Positions 39,620 to 53,168 are shown, counted from the stretch's first letter. The stretch: DNA of 64,000 nucleotides from Batkoa obscura (GCA_030770535.1 JASVEC010000022.1:124001-188000), one strand, 5' to 3'. Notes: generated from the sequence alone by a model not told the origin. Program-made: numbers and translations.

Positions 39620-40318
39620 TGGCTATCCCAGTTGAATTCTTGTCGGAAATTTTACTAGAAAAAGTACTCAATTGTTAGGCTCAATTGAATTATTCGAATT
39701 GTGCTTTCTAAACAAGTATTTATTTGGAATGATAAATAAAGTTATCAAGTATAAATTAACTTTTTCTGTTTATGGCTTTGCGGAATATCATGATTATTGA
39801 AATAAGTTTATTAAAGAACACGAGTTGTTAATGCGACATTTGAAGTTGACTGATAGTACTATGGAGTATTTGAAATTTTGTCCGAATATTATTTTAATGG
39901 AATATGATAGTACGTTTTGTGGTAAGAACGATATAGATAATAAAAGTAATCATGGGAATGATAGTAAAAATGATAGTAATTGTTCTAGTGACAACAACGA
40001 TGACAGTATAATAGTAGTGATGACATTAGCGATATTGAATTGAATATATAATTGCCAAAATTAAAACAAATGAGCATAAATTCATATGGCTATGGGCAGT
40101 TATTGAAACAGTTTAGCATTTATTTGAATCAACTCGAGGTAATTGAAATTCATGTACAATGTGTAACTATTAAAGATGTAATTAAGTGTTTTAATCTAGA
40201 TATATTAAAAGTGCCTAAAATAAATACTTCAAATAATGTTTTCATTGATGGAATAAATACTATTAAAACACAATTTAAGAGATCGAAAATATTACATTCA
40301 AAAGTATTGAGCTATTAG
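39620..40318 (+). pseudogene. Possible degenerate F-box/LRR-like gene
   Basis: Interrupted frames read IPVEFLSEILL / LLGSIELFELCFLNKYL..*..LKFCPNI / LPKLKQMSI..LNQLEVIEI, with stops and frameshifts. Confidence 0.3.
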
Positions 40319-40547
40319 ATCATAGTAAACATTTTCTTAACTATTATAGTAAAAGAGAACTATGGTTTCTTGAGAATAGTAGTATTGTTCTTTAAGTTAT
40401 CTTAATAATACTATTGAACTCAATCATGATTCTTTGAAATTATCAACGTTGGAATAAATTTATATTGGTAGTTTATCAATAAAATTTTTACACCCAACTC
40501 TTATTGCCAAATATTCAATCTATTTGTTTTGATTGTACATATCTATA

Positions 40548-40646
40548 TGGGTGTGTTTTTTTAGTTTTGTCACTTTTTCCATTTTTAAGCGCTATTTGAG
40601 TGGAAAAATTGGTAGTAAAATTCTTAAACAAAAAAATACATCCCCA
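40548..40646 (-). mobile_element. ~100-bp MITE, family 1 copy
   Basis: atat|gggtgtgtttttttag...aaaaaaatacatcccc|attt. Confidence 0.8.
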
Positions 40647-41070
40647 TTTGATCGAAAGACGATATAAAATTATATTAAATACAAACAATGTTGATAATAA
40701 AGAGGATGATTCAATCAAATACAAGTATATAAAACAAACTAAGATTAGAGAAATTTATATGGCACTTAATGATTTACTTTGTTTTTTATTTCTTTTTCCA
40801 AACCTTGAAGTTTTACAAATTGTTAATTTTCTTAAAAGTTTTGATATAACCATCGATTGTCAACCTAATACTCTTTTGCTTTTATTCGCGTCTATTAGAT
40901 CAGATATAGACTTAATAGATTATAACGTAATTGAAAATATTCATTAAGATACACTGAATTAAATTATGAACAATTTTTGCTTTATTTTGATATTTTAATG
41001 TTTTAAATAAAATCTATTATATTTTATCTATAAATAACCTATAAGTTTATTGTTGTTTCAAAATTCAAAA

Positions 41071-41895
41071 ATGGCTACAAGAAAATTATCATTCACTTCC
41101 TATGACTCCACAAACCTTGAGCTACTGATTTCCTTACCTTTAAGTGTTGATCTAGCCACTCAAAAAGAGTATAAGATAGCCATTCTACTCCATCCCTACG
41201 GCCCTCTGGGCGGAACTATGCATGATCCATTGATAGTCAGTTTATCTCGGCAACTAAACCTACGTGGTTATCTAGTGGTCCGACCAAATTTAAGAGGGAG
41301 TGGTAATTCAGGTGGGAGGACCACTTGGACTGGGAATTCTGAGTGTGAAGACCTTTATTTATTAATAAAATCAATCTTTTTAAAAGAAGAAAGTTTGTTA
41401 AAAGATGTAGTAAATACGCCAATAACAAGTTTTAACTGTAAAAAATTGATGGTATTAGGATATTCTTATGGATCGGTGATAGCTAGTAGTTTTAATTCTG
41501 AAAAATTAAAACAGATTTTTAAAGAGATCAATGGAGAGACACCAAGTGAAATAACAACTTTCTATCTAGCTTTAATTAGTTACCCTTACGGTTATTTATG
41601 GGCGTTAACTTTATTTAATTCAACGAAATTTAACCAATATTTAAAAGAAGCTGTTGAATTGACTAAAGCAGATAAAATGAAGTTGTTTTTAAGTTTTGGA
41701 ACTAGGGATCAGTTTACTAGTTTAGAACACTATCAAGAATGGATCAGTAAATTTTTTGAGCATGTTGAAGAGGGCGAGGTTACTGATAATATGGTATATC
41801 ATATAAGAAAAGACGCAGATCATTTTTGGAGAAATAATTTAAGCGTGGAGTGGCTTAACTCTAAGCTGTGCTTTTGGTTAAATGAGACGAAATAG
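41071..41895 (+). CDS. Alpha/beta-hydrolase fold protein
   Basis: First ATG at 41071. Motifs LLHPYGPLGGTM and NLRGSGNSGG, nucleophile elbow GYSYG, acid GTRDQF and His ADHFW. Confidence 0.88.
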   Translation: MATRKLSFTSYDSTNLELLISLPLSVDLATQKEYKIAILLHPYGPLGGTMHDPLIVSLSRQLNLRGYLVVRPNLRGSGNSGGRTTWTGNSECEDLYLLIKSIFLKEESLLKDVVNTPITSFNCKKLMVLGYSYGSVIASSFNSEKLKQIFKEINGETPSEITTFYLALISYPYGYLWALTLFNSTKFNQYLKEAVELTKADKMKLFLSFGTRDQFTSLEHYQEWISKFFEHVEEGEVTDNMVYHIRKDADHFWRNNLSVEWLNSKLCFWLNETK

Positions 41896-42209
41896 GTTTA
41901 TAATAAGAATAGCAGTTTTAATAAAATCTATTTAGTTCTTTTTAAGAAATGTAATGGTCAAATTATGCCGCTTATTATTTTTAGCTATAAATGTTTTTAA
42001 TAGCTATAGTTATATCTCGTCTTATAGCTCCGTTTATAAAGCACTATTAATTTTCAAAATTAACTCAATAGTATCAGCTATATTAAAAATTAAAGCAATT
42101 AAAGTTACTCAATTTTAATTAATAATAAAAGTAAACTTAATAATTCTATTAAAATATCTATAATATATAAAGATAACATATAAGAAGTGAAATCGAATTA
42201 GTAATCAAT

Positions 42210-43923
42210 CTAATCATGGTCTCTGTGACCAGGAAGAGTGTATGTCTTTTTCCATGCCTTTCGTTTTTTACTAAAAAAAATATTCATTAATATTTTATAT
42301 CACATTAAAATAAAAGTAGTTACGTTATTCCAGAATGAGGTTCCATTAGGTTGTTTTGTTGTACTGCAATAAACTGGTCTTTGAACAGATTACATCCATT
42401 CTAGATAATTAACTTAAAAAGTGTTCCACTTATTTAAACTTTAAAGCTTACCTTAACTTGTCTTAAACTTCCAGGTAATGTTTTTACGTATTCGATTTCA
42501 TTAACGTAGGTACTGGTGACAGAAAAAGGATCAGTTTAACATACTAATAAATACCAATAATCTTACCGTTTTTTACCAATCTTTCTAGGTATTTTACCTT
42601 CTTCGGCCGCTTTTTTGGCCAAAAGTGTTTCCTTATGTTCTCCTTTTTTAACCTCTTCTTCCTCAATAGTTTTGGTTATAGTAGCCAAACTAAATATTAA
42701 ATTATTACATACACAATACTAAAACTATCCTTACTTTAAAATATCTTTAGTTTGTTTCTTCCTTTCTACTTTTTCTAAATGACGTTTTTCCTAAAATGAA
42801 TAATTAAATAAGTAAATTATTTGCTATTGGTAATAGACTTACCATCCCTTTCTTTAACATTTTATTTTTAATGTCTTTTTTGGTTAATGCTTTAGGTTGT
42901 TTCTTGGTTGCTTGCTTAGCCTCTTCGTCACTTTCTTCTTCTTTTTCTACAATTGTTTGCTTCATTTCTTCAGCCTTTAAAATTTTAGTTAATTATAATA
43001 AAAACTCATAAAAATAAAAGTACCGATATAGCAAGTTCATCTTTGGATAGTTTTGGTAAATCATGTTTGATCACTTTATGCTCTAAATACTTTTGTTTTT
43101 GTTCTTCTCTTACTTTTTTCAAGTTCTATCAAAAATATTTATTAGTAGAACTTAAGTTTGTAAAATAATGTTACTTCATGATCCTCCTTAGATGGCTTAT
43201 AAGATGTTCCTGGATGAATAACATTCTTTTTAAGCTCGACTTTTTTAATTGTTTCTGGTTTCTAAGTTTTAAATTAGTAAAATAAGTTAACTAGCTTTTT
43301 AATTTACCTTTGGTATAACTGGTTCGAGATGCTCTAAATACTCCTTTGGAGGTGCCTTTACTTCTACTAAGAAAAGTTAGGATTTAGATTTATGTGACTA
43401 GAGCTCAATCTACCTGCTGATTCATCCCATAAATCGACTAACTTTGAATTACTATTCTTAGCAACAGGTTTAGCTTGTGGTTTAATAACAGGTAACTTTT
43501 TGTCTTTTTTGTTCACTCTGTTTTGTTGACGAGGGTTTACAATAGCTGGAACTTCAGAACGTTTTCCTAAAACGATGTCAAGGGTGGACTTCCTCTTCTT
43601 TTCAGGTTTTGCTTCTACAAAAAGATTAATCAAATGCTTAAAATGATAGAAATAATTCATACCCTCCTCTTGAGCACCTCCAACATCTAAAGTGAAAAGC
43701 TCATCGTCTCCTTTTTTAGATAACTTTTCACTTTGGTAAATATTAGGACCTGAAATGAGACAATTTATAAATTAACGACTTACCCAAAAGTTATCTTTTG
43801 CTTTTCAAGCTGTTCAAGACTTTGCTCAACTTCAGTAAGATCAACGTTCTTTCTCCATTGTTTCTTTCCTTTTCTATTGGCCTTGGTCTTAGTCTTTTTT
43901 ACTGCTATACTATCGTTATTCAT
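42210..43923 (-). CDS. NOP53: Ribosome biogenesis protein Nop53/GLTSCR2, many short exons
   Basis: N-terminal RKGKKQWRKNVD, LFTLD (AIM-like) motif, HPGTSYKPS, LPGSLRQVK and NLFKDQF..NNLMEP. Confidence 0.85.
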
Positions 43924-44379
43924 CTTAGTTTTATATAAAAGTTTTTTTAAGTTTCTCGAAATTATTATCTATTATTGCACCTTTAATTTGGGTTTGATAG
44001 GTTTAAAATTTTTCGGATTTTGTGCTTAAGATTTATTATTCAATGGGTTGGATTTTAATTAAATTAATGAATAGCAATAATTATCCAATTTTGACTATAA
44101 ATTTGTAATAATATACTATATAAAAATACATTTAATTAGTATAAAAAGGAACTAAAATAATTTTTATTCATCATGACCAAATAAGCATATAAAATATTAA
44201 TAAGAAAAGAGAAAATAAGAAATTATTTATTATCAAAGTAGAAAGAATTGCTGTTAACAGCTAACAAATAGTATAATGTATAAAAACTAGGATCAAAGCT
44301 GTCACATTTAATTTACATAGCACAAGATTATTAATTAAAGGCTTTGATCTACATTATAGTTAAATTATTACCAATACCA

Positions 44380-45376
44380 TTATAAGAGTTGAAGCTAAAA
44401 CAATTAATATCTCATTTAAAATAAGTTAAAAAAACTATTACATAATTCGAAGGTACAATACCTGTAACTCCATTTTCACTACGTGCTGCCCACCATTTCC
44501 CCTTGGTATCTCCAACCTCGAGGAGTTCTCCTTTTTCAAATGAAAGCTCTGATTTATCCTCTGAGTTAGCTTGATCTATTCAAACCGTTAATAAATCTTC
44601 ACTATAAAAATTTTAAAATAAATACATGAATATAAAGCTCTAGCTTTCAATTTATATATGGTAGCACTTTGACTTGAGTTTTGATTAGCTGAAATGGGTT
44701 CACTTTCATCTCCAGATGACAGAAATTGAGACAAGCGCTGTCTTGTTGCAAATGGGTTGGTATCAAAAGTCCTTGAATTCATTTTATCATTTGAAGCTCT
44801 AGGTGTTAAATAAGGGTTCATAATAACAGGTGTATCTGGTAGATTTTCTAATTTTGTTGTAAGTTGTCCAATAGCTAAAATCCAGAAAAGCTAAACAAGT
44901 AAGTTAACATTTTAAACTATTAATTGATAAATATTCATACCAATACAAATGTAAAAAGTAGAAAGCCAACCACAGCGATGACGGGTGTAGCATCAACACT
45001 GGATGTAAAATCTTGAATCCCAAGGATAGAAAAAGCAAAGGCCATGGAGCAAAAAGACAACACCTTAATTTGAATTAGTCTACCTTAATCATACATTTTA
45101 ATGTGAAGTTACCAAAACCCTATATGTGTATAAGTTTCCAGTAGCTAATATTCCAGTCATTCCAATGAGAACAACTAGAGAAAAAGCCAAATAAAACCAT
45201 ACTATGGGACTCACGTTGGATGACAAGGCTGCAGAAGCTACAGTCATGATCCAAAATAACTAAATCACGCTATTAAAAAGGGACTTTGAATTGATTAACA
45301 ATTAACCTACCGCTCCACATACTAGGGAGATTAATAGTGGCTTTGATGAAGTTAATCCAGTAATTTTTTTAGTCAT
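44380..45376 (-). CDS. SHO1: Sho1-like osmosensor (four TM helices plus C-terminal SH3), multi-exon
   Basis: Hydrophobic N-terminal exons, then SH3 [39 protein letters not shown]. Confidence 0.85.
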
Positions 45377-46492
45377 AGTAACAAAAGGACGGGATTATGT
45401 TATAGAAAACAAAGGAATCTTAAATTGTGATCTGAATTTAATAAATAAGATTAAATTAGTAAAAATTTATTGTTTTTTGTTCCTTTAATGAATTAGAACT
45501 GAATTTTAGGGAAAGCAATTTATTAAATAGTTTGAGCAAGCTATTTGCTTAAAGTTGAGATTGCTTTGTTTTATAAAAGAAGATATACAACAAAACTAAA
45601 ATATTATTTATTAGACGAATTTAGTCTCTTATACATATTACTCTTACTGCCAAACCTTCTAATAATAGATCCCACCTTTGCATAATAAAATAGCTTAAAA
45701 CTTTATACCAAAAATAGAAATTACAATTCCTGCATTGCAAATTTAATTAGGATATTTTTTTCTATTTCATTATTTTGTCCATTTTTTGTCTAGCGTAAAA
45801 TAGTAAAAATATCAATCAGTACCAAAACAAAAAAGTTGTCTTTTGATTAATTTGAAGGCAATAATTTCAAAAATACTTCACGATTTTAAAGTTAGATTTA
45901 TATAAAATTAGTGTGGTTAAATAAGCTTAATATTAAAAACCATATTTTTTTTACAATACATACAGGATGAAACAAATGGATATTGTATTGAAATTTGTAT
46001 ATATTATTATTGTTTGGAGTCTGATTTTGTTCATTATTATGCAAATAATGGGATCATTTACAAGCTTTATCTTAGAACATTGTTTAGTTACAAGATAGAA
46101 GTGAAGTAAATAAATAGTTTTAATGATAGTTTCAATAGTTATCCTAATAACAGTAAGAATAATAAAGAAACAATCATTAAAAAGAACAATGTAACAATAA
46201 ATCAATAAAAAGAGGAAGTAAATAATTATTGTAGTGCTATATAACGTCTTCGATTATCATTCTAGAAATCAGCCTTTTTTTAATAAAGAGTTATTTCTAA
46301 TAGCCACTTTGAGTTTTCTTTTAGTGTATGGCTTAGTTGCAATCATAATAGTCCAAAAAAACGTTCCAAAAAGTCATTATTTCCAAAATAGTAAAAATTG
46401 TTACAATTATGATCAAATATTTTATAATTGAATAACTTAAACTAATATTTTCCAAGATTTAAATTTTTATTCTTTAATCTTTTAAATTCAAA

Positions 46493-47509
46493 ATGGCAGA
46501 ATCAAGCAGTCATCAAGAAGAGGTCAATACTCCTGGAAACAATAAAGAAAATACAGTACATGTTAAATTGGTTTTACTAGGTAATTAAGGAACTCAAAGA
46601 AACTAAAAAATTTATTAAATTTTTATAAAAGGTGAGTCAGCGGTTGGAAAGTCAAGTTTATCTTTACGTTTTACTAGTGATGATTTTAAAGAAAACACAG
46701 AACCAACTATTGGATGTAATACATTTTTTCCCCTAAACTAGGCCTAAATTAATGTTAATTTATGTAGCTGCTTTTTTAACTAAAAAAATCAAACTTGGAG
46801 ATAAATCTATTAAATTTGAAATTTGGGATACTGCTGGTCAAGAGCGCTTTTCTTCATTGGCTCCAATGTATTATCGTAACGCTCAAGCTTCCATTGTCGT
46901 TTATGATATTACTAAGCCTGTAATAGCAACTTTTAGTTTCTTTTTAAATTATTAATCCCTACTTTTAGAGCTCTTTTAAAAAAGCAAAGCATTGGGTTCA
47001 TGAACTTACTCACCAAGCTAGCGCTAATGTTGTTATAGCATTAGCTGGAAATAAGTGTGATTTAGCTGAAAATGAAGCTTCTACTGAAACTACACAAGCT
47101 GGAGGAGAAAGTGAGGTTCCAGAGGAAGCTGCGGGGTCAGGAGAAGAAAATGAAGAAGTGCAAAAAAGTAGTGGACGTCAAGTGTCATTCGAAGAAGCAT
47201 CTAAATACGCTCAAGAGTTAGGTCTTATTCACTTTGAAACATCAGCAAAAACAGGATTGAATGTAACTGAGATTTTTAAAGAAATAGGTACGCATTAATT
47301 TTTTCATCAATAAATAAATTAACATTTGAATAGCCAAAAAAATCCCATTTGAGTCTTTAATGTCACGTACTACCCGTGCATCTGGATTGAACAGTGGCAA
47401 TGGTAGAATTGACTTACTTAGAGAGGGAGGAGGGGCTAATGCCTTTGGTATCAGCAGGGATTCTGAGAATGAGACACCTTTCGGAGGCAATAAGAATGGC
47501 TGTTGTTAA
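46493..47509 (+). CDS. Rab5-family GTPase (Ypt52/Vps21-like) with an acidic insertion, multi-exon
   Basis: [53 protein letters not shown] and C-terminal GCC* prenylation motif. Confidence 0.92.
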
Positions 47510-48321
47510 ATTTTTTAAACTTATTTTAAGGACCTAAATGGTGACCAAATACTCTGGTCAATTAAACATTTATTTTTTATAAAATCAAATAATTGTTCTA
47601 TATTATTTAATCATTTGTGTTTAAACGATTTTTTTGGTGAAAATATTTATTTAGGGTTTTATTAGATATAAAAAATTTAAGAGTATTAGATAAGCTTACT
47701 ACTATCTGTCAAATAATTAGTAGTTTCAACGTGTAGCATCTAAATGCCAACTGCTGACATTATTCAAGTACAATACGTTCTGTTTATTTAAGGCCTATTA
47801 TTTGGGCAAACTATTCATTTAAATGCCAAATAATGCATTTTTGGAAAGGCTAAAAAGTAGATAAAAATAAGGTATCGTAAACTATAATGGGTGTTTTTGT
47901 TTTTAAACTTGAAATGCTTGATGAAAATATATAGCTGAATGTATATTGACTTATTTGATAAAATTTATAAAGGATATCTTTATATTTCACATTGAGATTC
48001 TAGACTCTTTGTTATAAGTAAATTAAACTTTACTAGCATGTTTATTATTCATGAAGTAATTATAAATTACGAAGTTGACAAAAATAATCTATTAATTTAT
48101 GTTAGGTGCCTATACAAACGCGTTTCAACTCATAACTAATTACCACCCTATTAATATAAAATATAAAATATTAAACTTCATTTGGCACACTTGATTTTAT
48201 ATTGAATGAATAAAACTTTATAACAAAATAAATAAGACTGTATAACTAAATAAATGAAAGAATGTTTAATTAAACAAAACATAAATTAGTTAAATAAAAT
48301 TAGTAGCAACGAATTACGAAT

Positions 48322-50190
48322 TCATTCAATAAATTGGGTAACAGGAGCTCTTCCAAAGTTTTCTACTACCAACTTTTCTACCGTCTCATCAATAACTGAG
48401 CGACAGAACGCAACCGAGTCCCCAATTACGACTGTAGTGACCCAAATTGAAGGGAATTTCAAGACATTACCATTAACTCCCAAAAGCTGATACGTTTTAG
48501 GGAACTCTGACTTGAGTTTATTTTTAGTAAAACTATGATGGAAAGCTCTTATAGCTGAAGAAGCTTTCCAAAAAAGAAAATCGTTCACCTCACTCATATG
48601 ATTATAATAAGGATTTTTATAAACGTTTGCTTTTTTGATGATATTGATGGCAGTGGAATTGACGGAAGCTCTTAGTAAGTCTAATAAGGAAGTAACGTAA
48701 CTTGGTGGATTATCATATTCCAAGTTACTTTGTAATCGATCAATATAGTTGGAAGTTTCAGCCAATAATTGGAATTTAGACTTGAAGCTTTTTTTAGAGC
48801 TCTACCAATTAGGTTAGATTATTTAAATAAGTTGATAAATAAAAATGAATTTAATTACTAAATATGTTTGAAGAATCTCGACTTTAAGGATACCTGCTTC
48901 AACTAATTGAATATACCCTGCTTCTTTCGTTTTAGTCTCGTTTGAAATTGCATTTACATACCCTCGGTTACAGAACCTTGCTACGTTATCTAATAATCTA
49001 AATAGAGAGATAAAAATGAAATGCATAATATAAAAATCCAATTACCTTTCAACCCTTTCATCTGAAAATTCTACTTTACTTACCTCTTGTTCAACTGGAT
49101 TATATACTGAATCTTCTGAAGAAAACTTAACTTTGTTTTTCTCGATTGTTTTATCCTCTCCAAACTTTTTAAAGCTTAAAAATACCTTATCAAAGTACCT
49201 TTCTTTTTCTTCCATTACTGACTCCTTTGGCTTAGGAACTGAAATTACTATTAGATATGAAAACTTAAAGCAAAAAATAAACTTACTTGAGATTCTATAC
49301 AATTCATAATTATCAACAGCCCCTGGAAAAGATGGCCACAAAGCCTTTCTATATTCTTCTGGGGTTAATAGAGGTATACTCATCTCAGACAGAGGTCTTG
49401 GATTAAGTGTAATTTTATCTTTATACTGTACATTACATCTCTCATCCTTAAAATATACCCTAAAAGAATCCCCAACCGAACTCCTATCCGTGTATTTTGT
49501 AACCCCCTTTGGTATTTGATCCTTAAGCTTTTCAACCCTATTTGAGAAATGTAATTTTAACTCAGCATCTATAGCTCTAGGTTCATGGGCTCGAGGCTCT
49601 CGAGTTAGGGTAGGTTCTCGAACAGGTTCGCGACCATTGTTCCTTTGCCTTTGTGGCGAAGTACTTTTATTTCTATTATGTCTACGTTCTAGAGATCTTC
49701 CACTTTCATTCTCATTACGTGTACTTGTCCTACTGATAGCATGCCCATTAGGTCCATAGCTCCCATTGGTCATACGATTTGTTGATCTATAGGGGGACCT
49801 TTCTGAGTTTCGATGGCTGGCTCTATTAGTATTGGCTATTGGTGACCTTGGATATTCGTTTGTATACTCCTTACGTCGACTATTATTTGGTGATCTATAT
49901 GAATCTTTGTAACCATTTCTACTGTTTGAGTCTGCTCTGTAGCTTCTCCTGTCTGAATTTCTATCGTAATCTAGTTCGTTTTGATGTGGAGAGTTACGAT
50001 GCGAGTTAGCATGTCTGCTTCTATCGTAGTCCAAATCATTTTGACGTGGTGAATTACGATGCGAGTTGGTGTGCCTACCTCTATCATTGAGTTGAGGCTG
50101 TGGGTTCCTTTCATATCCACGATAAGTACCTTTTTGGCTAAAGGTGGGTTAAACTATAGCTAATTAAAACCCTAAATTCTATTACCTCAT
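48322..50190 (-). CDS. Hypothetical multi-exon protein: Arg/Ser-rich low-complexity N-terminus and helical C-terminal region
   Basis: ATG AG|gt microexon at 50190, then ORFs 49042..50034, 48823..49041 and 48322..48765 separated by short GT-AG introns. No family recognised. Confidence 0.65.
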
Positions 50191-50514
50191 TGTAAAGCTT
50201 GCAAATAACAGCAACAAGTTTAAAGAATTGACTAATTTGTAGCTTAATTTTGGAATGAAGTGAAATTTAGTTTTCCATTAATTTATTATCTATGTGAAAT
50301 CTGCATACCAGTCCCTTAAATTAAAAGCTAACAAAATTGTTCCCAATTAAGGAAAATACCGCCAAAGTAGTCGCTTTGAACAGCATTGTTAGCCGAAATC
50401 AATCAAAATCTAGCCCCATCCAATCAGTTTTAGAATATGTTTGAAGATGTAGCCAATGTGTTAGTTCTGTAATATCATTTGTTCTTTTAATCTTATCTTG
50501 TTTAATGCTTTATA

Positions 50515-50671
50515 CAACTATTCTAACTCTTTTTCGAAATTACTAATTGTTCATTTAAGAGCAAAATTTTATTAAAATATTACTGAAATTTAAATTTAAA
50601 TCAAAAATCAGCTAAATAGTTTGACCATAAAAATTATCACTAAATACTTCGAAAAAGAGTTAGAGCAGCTG
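50515..50671. mobile_element. 157-bp TIR element flanked by TA (MITE family 2, Tc1/mariner-like)
   Basis: TA|caactattctaactctttttcgaa...ttcgaaaaagagttagagcagctg|TA. A 17-bp perfect core lies within a 24-bp imperfect TIR. Confidence 0.65.
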
Positions 50672-50851
50672 TAACAAGTTAAAGTAAAAGCTTGTGGCTT
50701 GAATTAAAATATTGGGTCAATGCAGTATATCTCTCAGTAAAGGATACTGACTAGGTAGGTAGTTTTCCCTTTACTGCAAAAAAAATTCCCATTTTAGATG
50801 AAGTTTTATCCCAAATAAAAAAAATTATTTAGAATTAAAATAGAACTTATA

Positions 50852-50947
50852 TGGGGATGTATTTTTTTAAGAATTTTATTAACAATCTTTCCACTTGAAT
50901 AGCGCTTAAAAGATGGAAAGAGTGATGAAGCCAAAAAAGCACCCCCA
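50852..50947 (+). mobile_element. ~100-bp MITE, family 1 copy
   Basis: atat|ggggatgtattttttt...gaagccaaaaaagcaccccc|ataa. Confidence 0.8.
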
Positions 50948-52010
50948 TAAACTTTTAATAAGGCTAGGTCAGAGTTAGAGTTAGTGTTTGTATTTAATTA
51001 AATTTGATCAGCGATTTGTTTGATAAAAATCAATACTTCACCAAAAAAACTACCATCTACCCGATCAGTACCCCTACCATTTGTTTATTATTATATTTAA
51101 CATCTAATTTATTTACAAGTTAATGAATACTAAAGCTTCAAGTACCATAGCTTTTAAACTTGTATTCAAAAATGTAATAAACCTTAATACTAAAATTAAA
51201 CATAGTTTACTCAGTCTCATCTAGCTTCCCCTTAATAATAATTTCCGGAGTTATGTTTATACCTTCTCTTTAATATTTTACACATATGTTTCTTTACTTT
51301 AGTATGAGCTATGCAAAATTTCGTCAAACCTTTTTAAAATAATTATTTTTGATAAAAAATAATTGATCATACTTAAATTTTGGTATTTTATTAAATAACC
51401 ACATAAAAAGAATTAAATTTAAAAATAACTGAAAATAGATAGACTATTACTATCATGTAATATGATGCTGTTAGTATTGGGTATATTCACCTTTTTGGAT
51501 TTATTTGATTTAAAAATCCAATTGAATCACTTTCATAACTACGAGAACCTGTTTTATTGGATGTATTACTGATATTTCTAGAGTATTATATTAACAAAAT
51601 ATCAGACATATTAGAGCCATTGGTTGAATAGGGTCAATAATTAGCTAAACAATACCTTGGCTCTTTATATGCGCCACAATACAAGTGTATCAAGGTATAA
51701 ACCTCAATATGAGTGCTATATAAATGAACTATAGGCCTTATATTTTATATTGTAATGAACAACAAATGAAGAGACATAAAATGATATTGAAATTTTTTTG
51801 TAAAAGTTTATAAAAATACTATACCAATAATTTTAATAAGTCACTTAGATATACTTTGACTTACCTTTATTACTTATACTTAGCACTTTAATCTTATAGA
51901 TACAATTAATTGAATTGGTGGCTAAACATTTCTTAATCTTTAAAAGAAATAGAAAACAATATAAAGGAAATTATTTTAAAATGACTTGTACTGCAGTTTA
52001 TAGAGTTTAT

Positions 52011-53168
52011 TTATACAACGCTATTGTATGCTAAGTAGTTCTTTGTGGTTGAACTAAACCCTTTAATAGCGTTTTTGGTAGAAGTGTTTTGAAGTTGAGC
52101 TTTAATTTGTGGGATAGTGTATGACCCTTGAGAATAATAATAAGCAGCGAGCCCAGCGACATGAGGGGTAGCCATAGAAGTTCCAGAAATGGTATTAGTA
52201 CCACCATTATTCCAGGTTGATAAAACACTGACACCTGGTGCAATAATATCGACACATTGACCATAGTTGGAAAACGAAGCCTTGTTATCATTAATATCAG
52301 AGGCACCAACAGTGAAAGCAGTTTGAGCAGAAGCTGGGGATACACCACAGGCATCTTTATTATCATTACCAGCTGCTACGACACATAATACACCGCTACT
52401 TGTAGCAGCATCAACAGCATTGTTAACTGAATCGATTTTGCCACCCCCTAAACTTGCGGAAATAATATTTCCTTTAGTACCACGACGATCTCCAGCTACC
52501 CAATTGAAGCCAGAAATAATACCACTCCAGGATCCTGAACCATTTTTGTCTAATACTTTAACGGCAACCATTGTGACCTTTTTGCTTACACCATAGGTGC
52601 GTGACCCTATAGTACCAGCACAATGAGTACCATGACCATTTTCATCACTGTTAGGACTTCCACTAATAAAATTGGCTCCCCATACGGCTCTGCCTTCAAA
52701 TTCTGGATGGCCAATGGCAATACCAGTATCAACAACATATACTACTACACCATTACCATCCCCATTATAAGTATAGGTGGATTTATTAGTGAACTGTCTT
52801 TGAGAAATACGAGCTAAACCCCATGGTGCGTTTGTTTGAACGGCTTGTATACTAACTTTACCATCAGTCTCAATAAAATCAACATCGGGAAGGTTTCTAA
52901 CTTTATCTAATATTTCTGGGGTAAATTTAGCATGGTACATCTTCCCAAGGTTCTTGTAAACATTTTTGATCTTGTTGTTATCACTACGGTCTTTGAATAA
53001 AGACTGAACAACATCCAAATGGGCATCAATAGTAGTACGAGTGTCCTTTTTTAGATTGATAATATATTCGTCTGGTATACTATTTTTCACTTGACGAAGT
53101 GGAGCTAACTCAGCAAAAATTGCTGAAATTAAACTGCCTGAAATGGCTAATATAGTGATAACTCTCAT
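52011..53168 (-). CDS. Secreted subtilisin (S8A), pair 2 copy C
   Basis: Signal peptide, VVDTG, HGTHCAG, AAGN and SGTSMATPHVAG. Confidence 0.96.
   Translation of the reverse strand: MRVITILAISGSLISAIFAELAPLRQVKNSIPDEYIINLKKDTRTTIDAHLDVVQSLFKDRSDNNKIKNVYKNLGKMYHAKFTPEILDKVRNLPDVDFIETDGKVSIQAVQTNAPWGLARISQRQFTNKSTYTYNGDGNGVVVYVVDTGIAIGHPEFEGRAVWGANFISGSPNSDENGHGTHCAGTIGSRTYGVSKKVTMVAVKVLDKNGSGSWSGIISGFNWVAGDRRGTKGNIISASLGGGKIDSVNNAVDAATSSGVLCVVAAGNDNKDACGVSPASAQTAFTVGASDINDNKASFSNYGQCVDIIAPGVSVLSTWNNGGTNTISGTSMATPHVAGLAAYYYSQGSYTIPQIKAQLQNTSTKNAIKGFSSTTKNYLAYNSVV

Noticed and set aside
40515..40947. ORFs 40515..40724 and 40600..40947
   Set aside because: Both run through or start inside a MITE copy and show no protein motifs.
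45930..46205. HLFHPVCI..W string suggesting a RING-H2 remnant on the minus strand
   Set aside because: The other zinc ligands cannot be placed in frame, so evidence is too thin.
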